From: Pseudomonas aeruginosa
Lineage (GTDB): Bacteria; Pseudomonadota; Gammaproteobacteria; Pseudomonadales; Pseudomonadaceae
Direction of reading: 5' to 3'
DNA length: 32,000 bases
Assembly: GCF_001457615.1 (NCBI RefSeq)
Contig: NZ_LN831024.1
Location: 2,760,001 to 2,792,000 of the forward strand
A model generated the notes under the pieces. It had not been told where the DNA came from and ran no database searches. It worked only from the letters and a program-made list of their open reading frames with translations. The position numbers and the translations under genes were made by a program. The stretch's first letter is position 1, and each line of letters opens with the position of its first letter. Of this stretch, positions 18,547-25,948 are shown piece by piece.

Positions 18547-21500
18547 TCAGTTGTATTTCTTGAACCCCAAATAAGGGTGGTAGCTCCATCCCTGGGTGTT
18601 TTCTCGCAATCTCATCTCGCCGTAGCGCATGGCGCATTGACGCAGGTCGAGGTCCTCGCGGCCGGCCATTGCGACTAGCTCCTCCCGATAGTTGACCGTC
18701 CCCCATGTCTGGATGCGCGGGCCATAGGTGAGGTCGAGGTTGCGCAACAGGTTGTCCTGGTTGCTCCAGGTCCCTTCTTCGTAGCGGCTGAAATGCAAGC
18801 GCTCCTCGTCGTCCTCGTCCGGCAGCAGGGCGTAGCATCGCTCCTTGGCGCCTGCGCGAAATGGTTGGCTGGTTTGCAGGGCGCCGCTGAGCGATGCCGG
18901 GGTTTGCCACCAGAGCGGTACGCCGAGCAGGGACGACGGTGGGTCGTCGGCAAGCATCAGCGCGCGCAGGCGTCGGTGTTCCAGGTCGACCAACCGGCTG
19001 CGTGGGAACAGTGGGAACGGTTCGACGATTCGTGGGCTGGCGTCGATGCGGGCGAGTAGGGCGGGGTCGAGCAGGTCGTGCAGGTCGTGGCTGTCAAGAG
19101 GGAAGTCGGGGGTCTCGAAGCCGGGCCGCTGGAACGCCGGATTCTGCCCTTCCAGCGAGCGGATATTGCGCGATAGCAGGTACAGGTTGGCCTCGCCGCT
19201 GAAGCCGGAGCGATGGCGGCGGATTCGCCCGGCCAACTGGATGATCGAGCGCATGGAGGAGGGTTCGACGATGGCCCAGTCGTAATCGTGGTCGCGACCG
19301 ACCTCCGCCACCGGCGAGGCGAGTACGACGAACAGATGATCCCGCTCCGTGCTGGCCTGGAGCGCCTTGGCCAGCGTCGGACGAGCGAACAGCGCGGCGG
19401 CGTCGTCGTCCGAACGCTTCAGCAGTTCATCGAGTTGTCGCTCGATGGCCGAGCGGACCAGAAGGGGATGCCGCGAATGGTAGACACACAGATGGACATG
19501 CAACCCCTCGGGCGCACCCTGGGCGAGGATGGCCTGGGCCAGTTCGATCAGGGGTTCGATGTTGGCCAGCCGTAACAGGCCGAAACTGATGCGACGTCCT
19601 TGGTGTTCGGTGTGATGGCAGCGATGCAGGTCAGCCATCCAGGTATTCATCTGCCCGGCCAACTCGCGGCACAGCGCGGGACGGGCCTCGCCAGCGGCAT
19701 GCACGGTGCATAGCTGCGCCTGGCGACGTGGCGGCAGTTGCTCGAGCTTCGCCAGACGCTGGGCGACGAAGGTCGCGTGCGCTTCGCTGAAGGAGGTTAC
19801 GGCGCCGTGGGCGCTGGATTGACTGGAAAACTCGTCGAACCAGGCGCAGCAGATTTCCGTAGCGCGTCCGGGAGCGCCACGATGGCGCTGGAAGATTTCC
19901 CGGCCGCTGCGATAGGCCTCGAACAGGCCCTGCACCAAGGCCGGCGGCAGGGTCGCGGAGGAGAGCAGCACGCGGCTGCCGAACAGGCCGGCCCAGTGCA
20001 CCAGCCGCGACAGGGCGGGCAGGTCGTCGATATCGAAGTCGTCGACCTCGTCGAGCACCAGGTCGGAAGTCATCAGGCGGAGCAGTGGCGCTATCTGGTG
20101 TCCGCCGCGCAGGCTTTCGCTGGCGGGCATCAGGTGGTCGATGGTGCAGGCCAGGATGGGCGCCTGGAGTAGGTGGTTTCCCGCGCTGTTCCTGCCGAGC
20201 CACTCGCGTAGAGGGCCGTCCTCGAGCGTGCCGGCGAAATGTACATGGCTGTTTTCCGCCAGCAGTTCCTGGGCTGACTCGCTACCGCTGCGCTCCAGGC
20301 GCTCCTGCTGCTTTTCGAACAGTTCGCGGGCGGCGCTGCCGCCGACCAGGATAGCGAGGTCGTCGTCGCCCAGGCCGAGCCGCTCGCGGTAGGCCTGCCC
20401 GGTTTGCAGGGTCAAGCTGCGCAGGCCGAGAGCGATGCTGAAACGCGCGCCGCGTTGCGGATCGGCCAGCGCATACAGGATGCGGCCGTTGGCGAGGGTC
20501 TTACCGCAACCGGTCGACGCCAGGTTGAGGCCGAAGAATCCATGCTCCATAGCCTGCTCGCGGCAGGCCATCGCGCAGTCGTAGGCCTTGTCCTGCCAGC
20601 GGAAGCGCGGCTGCTCGACCCGGCGGGTGAAGCCCTTGTGCCGGGCAAGGCGCGGTAGTTGTCGCTCCAGGCGTGGCAGGGTGCCGGCGAGCTTGCGACT
20701 GTGCAGGGCGACGCCGAGCAGGTGTTCGTCCAGGCGCTGCTTGAGTTGGCCGCTGTCCCGGTCGGTGTTGGCGTGCAAGGGGAAGTTCGGGTCGCCCAGC
20801 CGGGAGTCGGCAGGGAGACTGGAATAGTGGTGATCCGCGAGCATCAGGATCAGTCGGGACACATGCATGACGTAGGCGTCGTGCAACAAGGCCGGCCCCC
20901 GAGCCAGCAGGCCGGGACGCTCGAGCATGCTCTGCGCGCATAGCGCTGTCCTGGCGCGCCAATGGGGACTGGCGAAGGGCAGGCCGTGGGGGAACTGCCA
21001 GCAGGCGGCCTTTTCTTTTGCGTCTGCGTCGCGTGCGCCGCACCATTGGCTCTGGATGGGGGCCGGCAAGCGTGCCAGCGAGGCGCTGCCGCGATGGTCC
21101 CCGTTGGGCAGGCGATGATGGCTGACGATCAACCAGCCGACCGCCTGAGCGAGCGGCGGTAGCCGGCTTTTCTGGAACGGGCCGGGTGGCGCGGGTTGCC
21201 GGTCGTCCCTGGCCAGTTGCGACAGCCAGGCATCGCCCGTCTCTCGCTTGTCCGCCAGGCGCCGCAGCCAGTCCTCGTCGCTGCTGCCTGGGCCAACGAA
21301 GGCTTCGAACAGGCGCAGTGATACCCATTCGTGACGATAGGCATCTGCCATCGGTTTGCCGCGGTTCCGCAGTTTGGCCTGGAAGGCCTGGCTGGCCTTG
21401 CCGATATCGTGGAACAGCGCTGCCATCACCGTCAGCAGGCGGATGTCCTCGGCGCTGTGCCAGTCGTTCTCGTCTTCCTTGCGCAGGATGTCGCGGCGGG

Positions 21501-21777
21501 TCCTGTTGGTCGGCACCGCACCCTGGGCGTTGAAGCGGCTGGCATCGCCGACGATCCACAGCAGTTCGCTGTGGTCGCGGCCGCGGATCCAGTGACAGGC
21601 TACGGCGGTGTTGCGCCGTGCGCTTTTCTTCAGCAGGCGTCGCAGGGTATCCAGTCCGGCTTGAGTGATGGGCGTTTGCCAGGTCCGTTCGCCGCGGCGC
21701 TCGGCGAACTGGTCGAGAATGCGGCGGGTTTCGCTCAGGGCGCGCTTTTCGCATTGCGACACCAGCAGGATGTTCAT
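18547..21777 (-). CDS. cas3: Cas2/3 fusion (Cas3f): N-terminal Cas2 domain, then HD nuclease, then SF2 helicase (1076 aa)
   Basis: Cas2-like N-terminus MNILLVSQCEKRALSETRRILDQFAERRG. HD motifs LFHDIGKAS and LADHHYSS. Walker A-type STGCGKT. DExD box LVLDEVDDFD. The start overlaps the cas1 stop (ATGA at 21774-21777). Confidence 0.97.
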   Translation of the reverse strand: MNILLVSQCEKRALSETRRILDQFAERRGERTWQTPITQAGLDTLRRLLKKSARRNTAVACHWIRGRDHSELLWIVGDASRFNAQGAVPTNRTRRDILRKEDENDWHSAEDIRLLTVMAALFHDIGKASQAFQAKLRNRGKPMADAYRHEWVSLRLFEAFVGPGSSDEDWLRRLADKRETGDAWLSQLARDDRQPAPPGPFQKSRLPPLAQAVGWLIVSHHRLPNGDHRGSASLARLPAPIQSQWCGARDADAKEKAACWQFPHGLPFASPHWRARTALCAQSMLERPGLLARGPALLHDAYVMHVSRLILMLADHHYSSLPADSRLGDPNFPLHANTDRDSGQLKQRLDEHLLGVALHSRKLAGTLPRLERQLPRLARHKGFTRRVEQPRFRWQDKAYDCAMACREQAMEHGFFGLNLASTGCGKTLANGRILYALADPQRGARFSIALGLRSLTLQTGQAYRERLGLGDDDLAILVGGSAARELFEKQQERLERSGSESAQELLAENSHVHFAGTLEDGPLREWLGRNSAGNHLLQAPILACTIDHLMPASESLRGGHQIAPLLRLMTSDLVLDEVDDFDIDDLPALSRLVHWAGLFGSRVLLSSATLPPALVQGLFEAYRSGREIFQRHRGAPGRATEICCAWFDEFSSQSSAHGAVTSFSEAHATFVAQRLAKLEQLPPRRQAQLCTVHAAGEARPALCRELAGQMNTWMADLHRCHHTEHQGRRISFGLLRLANIEPLIELAQAILAQGAPEGLHVHLCVYHSRHPLLVRSAIERQLDELLKRSDDDAAALFARPTLAKALQASTERDHLFVVLASPVAEVGRDHDYDWAIVEPSSMRSIIQLAGRIRRHRSGFSGEANLYLLSRNIRSLEGQNPAFQRPGFETPDFPLDSHDLHDLLDPALLARIDASPRIVEPFPLFPRSRLVDLEHRRLRALMLADDPPSSLLGVPLWWQTPASLSGALQTSQPFRAGAKERCYALLPDEDDEERLHFSRYEEGTWSNQDNLLRNLDLTYGPRIQTWGTVNYREELVAMAGREDLDLRQCAMRYGEMRLRENTQGWSYHPYLGFKKYN

Positions 21778-22748
21778 GCGGACACCGTGCTCCGCTGCGC
21801 CACGTCTTTCAGCGTGTCGATCATGAAGTCCAGGGCCTGTGCGCGGCTCAGGTTGTCCAGGCAGGCCTGGCGGAAGTCCTGTTCCTCGTCGCCGCGCATG
21901 GCGGAAAGAAATGCCTGCGGCAGGATCAGCGAGTCCTTGATCAGGTCCGCCACATCGAACACCAGGCCTCCGCGCCGGGTCTTGCCGTGTAGTACCGCCA
22001 GTCCATGGGGAATGCCCAGCACCCAGGTGGCGGTCGCCGCGAGGCCGTAGGCCAGGTAGTTGCCATGGTCTAGGAAGCGGTTGGCCGGGTCGCCGCCGCT
22101 GCCGCGCTTGGCGCGGACGAACTCGCCGTAGCGGGTGGCCTGGGCTGCGAGCTTGAACAGGCGCTTGCTCAGGCGCGCTTCTTCGGTCAGTAGATGCTCA
22201 TGATTGGGAGCCTGCTCCAGCGCTCGGGCGGAATCTTCCACGGCAACTGCCAGCGCGGTGGCATCGACGGCGAAGCCGGCGTCGCGCAATACGCGATCTT
22301 CCAGCCAACTGTGGCGAATCCGCTCCAGCCTGACCCGCTGGAAGTGCCGGGCGGCCTCCAGGCGTTTTTCCTCATCGAACCAGAAGCCGACCCAGAGCTG
22401 CAGGTATTCGGTGGGGCGGTATTCGCTCTGCGGCGTCAGCCAGGACACCTCGACGTCCACTTCGTTGGCGCTGAACAGCGGCGTTCCGCCGCCGCCGCAG
22501 AAGCCTACCAATACCCCGGCCCTGGCCAGTTCGCGCATGGCTGCCTGAGTAATGGAGGTACCCGTGCCCAGCAACAGGCTGGTGGTGTTGGCGATGGGGA
22601 TGTTCCAGTAGTGCGAATGCCGGCCTTCGTCGGTGACGTACTCGACCCGCCCGCCGTTGACCAGTACCCGGCAGTGTTGCAGGTAGTACAGGTTGGCACG
22701 CTTGGAGTGAAGGATCGTCTTCAGTTCGCTGGGAGAAATGTCGTCCAT
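21774..22748 (-). CDS. cas1: Cas1 integrase, I-F type (324 aa)
   Basis: Starts MDDISPSELKTILHSKRANLYYLQHCRVLV. Conserved acidic/His active-site region HGLAVLHGKTRRGGLVFDVADLIKD. First gene of the operon, adjacent to the second array. Confidence 0.97.
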   Translation of the reverse strand: MDDISPSELKTILHSKRANLYYLQHCRVLVNGGRVEYVTDEGRHSHYWNIPIANTTSLLLGTGTSITQAAMRELARAGVLVGFCGGGGTPLFSANEVDVEVSWLTPQSEYRPTEYLQLWVGFWFDEEKRLEAARHFQRVRLERIRHSWLEDRVLRDAGFAVDATALAVAVEDSARALEQAPNHEHLLTEEARLSKRLFKLAAQATRYGEFVRAKRGSGGDPANRFLDHGNYLAYGLAATATWVLGIPHGLAVLHGKTRRGGLVFDVADLIKDSLILPQAFLSAMRGDEEQDFRQACLDNLSRAQALDFMIDTLKDVAQRSTVSA

Positions 22749-22949
22749 GCTGACCGTGGCCTGTCCCTATCGGATCTATCGAATTCTGCGCCAAGGCAAA
22801 TGTTTAGCGGATATGGCCGATTGCCGCTACCCCGTTTTCGTCTGTATGAGGAGCGTGAGCTTCCAAGCGGGGCACATTGTCGTGGACGGGCGAGGCGGGA
22901 GGGCGGGGTAGGAACTTTTATATTCGGATGTTTGGGAGCGGGATGGGGA

Positions 22950-23937
22950 GGGTGGTTCTGCCTAGACGGCAGCGAACCCGGCGGCTGTTGTGGCCGAGGT
23001 GGGTTCGAGTTTCTTAGCTGCCTACACGGCAGTGAACTTAGAAATTTGGGCCATGTTCAGGCTCCTCTTTTTCTTAGCTGCCTACACGGCAGTGAACGTG
23101 CCGCTCAGCCTGACCACGGGTTACGGCCATTTCTTAGCTGCCTACACGGCAGTGAACAACTTCGCATGCGCCTCGTTCATGCCGGCGATTTTCTTAGCTG
23201 CCTACACGGCAGTGAACTATGCAAGCGTCTCGCAGCGTCGGGTGTCCCATTTCTTAGCTGCCTACACGGCAGTGAACAAGCCCGAGGCTCCGACGCTGGT
23301 CGTTGACCTTTTCTTAGCTGCCTACACGGCAGTGAACACATCGGTCGGCTCGACCAGGCGGCCCAGGGCTTTCTTAGCTGCCTACACGGCAGTGAACAAC
23401 GCGCTGACGGCCTGCGACGGTCGGGACATTTTCTTAGCTGCCTACACGGCAGTGAACTCTCCGGTCGGGTCAGCGTGACGGTCGTCAGTTTTCTTAGCTG
23501 CCTACACGGCAGTGAACTTTAATGAAGTCGAGTACGGCCTTGACGCCCATTTCTTAGCTGCCTACACGGCAGTGAACGGGCAGCGCCCTACGATCTTGTT
23601 TGCCGTCCATTTCTTAGCTGCCTACACGGCAGTGAACCAGCCGCGCCCACTCCAGCTTTGCCAGGTCCATTTCTTAGCTGCCTACACGGCAGTGAACCTC
23701 CACGCCGGCGGAATCGGCACGGACTGGCCTTTCTTAGCTGCCTACACGGCAGTGAACCATTACTTGTCGCGTGAAAGATGACCGACTGTTTTCTTAGCTG
23801 CCTACACGGCAGTGAACTGAAAAACCTGAAAAAACTGTTCGTTCGTGGTTTTCTTAGCTGCCTACACGGCAGTGAACAAGTTTTGGAAGCCTCTCCCGCG
23901 AAGCCCAGTTTTCTTAGCTGCCTACACGGCAGTGAAC
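22950..23937 (-). CRISPR. Type I-F CRISPR array, cas1-proximal. 17 repeats and 16 spacers, repeat (minus strand) GTTCACTGCCGTGTAGGCAGCTAAGAAA.
   Basis: 16 identical repeats (plus strand TTTCTTAGCTGCCTACACGGCAGTGAAC) start at 23010 and recur every 60 bp exactly to 23910. All spacers are 32 nt. One degenerate terminal repeat lies at 22950-22977. The leader is on the right, so the array is transcribed on the minus strand towards cas1. Confidence 0.98.
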
Positions 23938-24069
23938 TAGCTCCGAAAACCTATAACCATTTGAAGGAAAAAGAAATACCGAGTTTTTCCCTCCAGAAAC
24001 CCTCTTTTTTCGAGGTCTCGTAACTTGCTGATTTATAAGGGCGTAAGAAATCGTCCGAAAAAAGGGTCG
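23938..24069 (-). promoter_or_regulatory. CRISPR leader of the cas1-proximal array
   Basis: AT-enriched 132 bp. Its reverse complement is collinear with 13307-13437, at roughly two-thirds identity by eye over the distal 75 nt plus 14/21 in the repeat-proximal block. Confidence 0.75.
24021..24033 (-). promoter_or_regulatory. Candidate IHF site in the leader (minus strand AATCAGCAAGTTA)
   Basis: Fits WATCAANNNNTTR with one mismatch. Same 83-95 nt offset from the first repeat as 13343-13355. Confidence 0.4.
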
Positions 24070-24163
24070 GAAGCTTCGGGCAATTGGCGGCCGTTTCGCG
24101 AGGACCGGGACGGCGATCAAGCGTGCCGTTCGGACGCGAAAGGTCTTGTGATGGCGATGCCGC

Positions 24164-24187
24164 AAAGCCCCCGGCCAGGCCGGGGCG
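24164..24187 (-). terminator. Weak GC hairpin plus TTT downstream of the small ORF
   Basis: Minus strand reads GCCCCGG-CCTGG-CCGGGGGC followed by TTTGCGG. The stem is only 6-7 bp with a bulge. Confidence 0.35.
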
Positions 24188-24205
24188 TCGCGCCAGGGAG
24201 CGGCG

Positions 24206-24433
24206 CTACAGGCTCGGGTGGCCCGCCTCGATTTCGGACAAGGCATCGCTGAGCAGCGACAGCAACGCACCGTTGATGTAGGCCAGGGTGCCGCCGGGCT
24301 CTTCTTTCTCATCGAGCAAACGGGTCATGGCCAGGATGTTGATCGCCGACCTCAAGCGCACTTTCGCGTTGTCGAACAAGTGCGTGGGGAGTGCATGGGT
24401 GTCCACGTACAGGGTGGCGCTACGCGGACACAT
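24206..24433 (-). CDS. Small hypothetical protein (75 aa as drawn). Possibly the 3' part of a frameshifted gene of about 105 codons starting at 24519. I recall a loose resemblance to DUF3077-type small Pseudomonas proteins.
   Basis: Very high third-position GC in this frame. The ATG at 24433 has no obvious SD. A strong AAGGAG-N7-ATG lies at 24519 in another frame (see findings). Confidence 0.45.
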   Translation of the reverse strand: MCPRSATLYVDTHALPTHLFDNAKVRLRSAINILAMTRLLDEKEEPGGTLAYINGALLSLLSDALSEIEAGHPSL

Positions 24434-24732
24434 GTCGGCCTGGGAGGTGGGGAGCAGCGGGACGAAGCGGGGGACGATTCTGTTAGCTCGGGGTTGGACG
24501 TATCATTCGGCTTAGCCATGGGTCAGCTCCTTAATAAGCTGGGTTGTGGTTAGCGGGTCGTAGGTGTTCCACCACCTGCGGCCCGCGTCTTTTTTGCCCT
24601 CAGAAAATAGAGGGCAGTGCCGTTCGGTCCTGTCCCTGCGGGATGGATTTGCCGGCCCCTCCATCATCCTCCTACTGGGTTTTTATCCAATTCCCGGGCT
24701 TCTGAGAGAGCCTGCGGAAATGTCCGGGGGAG

Positions 24733-24994
24733 CTGTCCGGCGTTTCCAGGGCCTGTAGGGCGAATACCGCCACAGGCGGTATCCGCCGATACCCCGGATA
24801 AGCGGCGGATAACCGCGAGCGGTTATTTGCCCTACGGAGTTGGGGTGCTGTCCGGCGTTTCCGGGGTGCGTAGGGCGAATAACGCCATGGGCGTTATCCG
24901 CCGATGTCGCGGATGAGCGGCGGATAACCGCGAGCGGTTATTCGCCCTACGGACCCGGGGAGGTGTCGGCGTTTCCAGGGCGTTATCCGCCGAT
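24733..24994. repeat. Tandem REP-like intergenic repeat cluster: two units of about 115 bp and a partial third
   Basis: Unit 1 spans 24733-24837 and unit 2 spans 24848-24952. Each reads CTGTCCGGCGTTTCC(A/G)GGG..GTAGGGCGAATA(C/A)CGCC...GGCGGATAACCGCGAGCGGTTATT(T/C)GCCCTACGG. Internal inverted repeats run GTAGGGCGAATAAC...GTTATTCGCCCTAC. A partial copy GTGTCGGCGTTTCCAGGGCGTTATCCGCCGAT lies at 24963-24994 and abuts the stop codon at 24995. Confidence 0.7.
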
Positions 24995-25915
24995 TCAGAA
25001 CGCCAGCAGGTAGCGCAGGGTCAGTTGGTTGCCTTCGCTGCGGTTGCGCGCGCCGCTTTCGGCGTAGAGGTTGGCGAACAGCGTTTGCCTGCCCTGGCTG
25101 TACATCACCCCCGGGCCTATGCCGAAGACCTGCTCGCGCGAGTCGGCCTGCCGGTGGCCGTCGATGCGGTCGGCGCTGATCTGTTTCAACTGGTAGCCGG
25201 CCAGGCCGATCCGCCAGTGCGGGTCCAGCGCGTAGGAGATCGAGAAGTTCGCGTGCAGCGCCTGGCCCGGCTGTACGTCGTTTGCGCCCAGGCGCGGCGA
25301 GGGGTCGTCGTTGCGGCTGATCCAGGCGTAGTGCAGGCGGCCGCTGAGTTCCAGGCGCTCGCCCAGTTCCCAGGTGAAGGCGTAGTGCGGGTTGAAGATC
25401 CAGGTGTTGCTGCCGGTGTTGATCGCGGCGTCCTTGTCGTAGTCACCGGTGGGCAGGGAGAAGACGAAGTTCAGGCGCTGCCAGTAGGGGCGGCCGAACA
25501 GCGTAGCGGGCCCCCATTGCAGCATCAGCGGGCTGACGATCAGGTCGCCCTGGCGGGTGCGCCGGCCGTCCGGGCCGCCGTCGATATCGAGGTCCAGGCG
25601 TACCAGCGGCAGCAGCACTTCGGCGCCGTAGTGGGCGCCGAGCAGGGTGTTCTGGCTGAGGTAGGCGAAGTGCGGCAACAGCGTGGTGCCACGAACCCGT
25701 TGCCGACCGGGAACCGAATGCCCGCCGGCGTCGCTGGCGTTGTTCGCCCGAACGTATTGCAGGGGCAGTTCGAAGAGCATGCCGGGACGGCTGACGCCGT
25801 CCATGAAGCTGGCGTTGCCGAGCGCCAGCGGCGGCAGCGCGACGGCGTCGGCGCGGGCCTCCAGGCAGAGTGCGGCGGAGAGGGCGCCGAAGGTGGGTAG
25901 CAGGGCTGCACGCAT
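24995..25915 (-). CDS. Outer-membrane beta-barrel protein, similar to the MetA-pathway phenol-degradation-like OMP family (306 aa)
   Basis: Signal peptide MRAALLPTFGALSAALCLEARA-DA. Alternating beta-strand pattern. C-terminal LRYLLAF ends in Phe. Lies 33 nt downstream of the porin gene on the same strand. Confidence 0.8.
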   Translation of the reverse strand: MRAALLPTFGALSAALCLEARADAVALPPLALGNASFMDGVSRPGMLFELPLQYVRANNASDAGGHSVPGRQRVRGTTLLPHFAYLSQNTLLGAHYGAEVLLPLVRLDLDIDGGPDGRRTRQGDLIVSPLMLQWGPATLFGRPYWQRLNFVFSLPTGDYDKDAAINTGSNTWIFNPHYAFTWELGERLELSGRLHYAWISRNDDPSPRLGANDVQPGQALHANFSISYALDPHWRIGLAGYQLKQISADRIDGHRQADSREQVFGIGPGVMYSQGRQTLFANLYAESGARNRSEGNQLTLRYLLAF

Positions 25916-25948
25916 GAGGGAGTTTCTCTTTTTTCTGGTTCCGTGGGT

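Noticed and set aside
18194-21754. Long alternative-frame and antisense ORFs inside cas2/3 and csy1 (for example 417 aa at 20501-21754, 238 aa at 18194-18910 and 190 aa at 19631-20203)
   Set aside because: They have Arg/Pro/Ala/Gly-rich shadow composition and are fully nested in genes with clear Cas motifs.
22749-22949. Search for a cas1 promoter and regulator sites, for example the direct repeat CTATCG-GAT-CTATCG at 22767-22781 and TATAAA-like and TTGGAA-like hexamers on the minus strand
   Set aside because: No -35/-10 pair with convincing spacing could be assembled by eye, and the short direct repeat has no known cognate factor that I can name. I left it unannotated.
22990-24023. ORFs of 162, 89 and 81 aa through the cas1-side array and its leader
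   Set aside because: Same artefact: the repeat-derived peptide FLAAYTAVN / FLSCLHGSE recurs every 20 codons.
11044-24994. Looked for anti-CRISPR/aca operons, integrases, transposases, toxin-antitoxin pairs or other defence genes flanking the I-F locus
   Set aside because: None was recognisable. The only non-Cas ORFs are the low-GC orphan, the BRO-N protein and two small, possibly frameshifted ORFs. None carries motifs that I can tie to a known or new defence system, so claiming a novel system would be unsupported.
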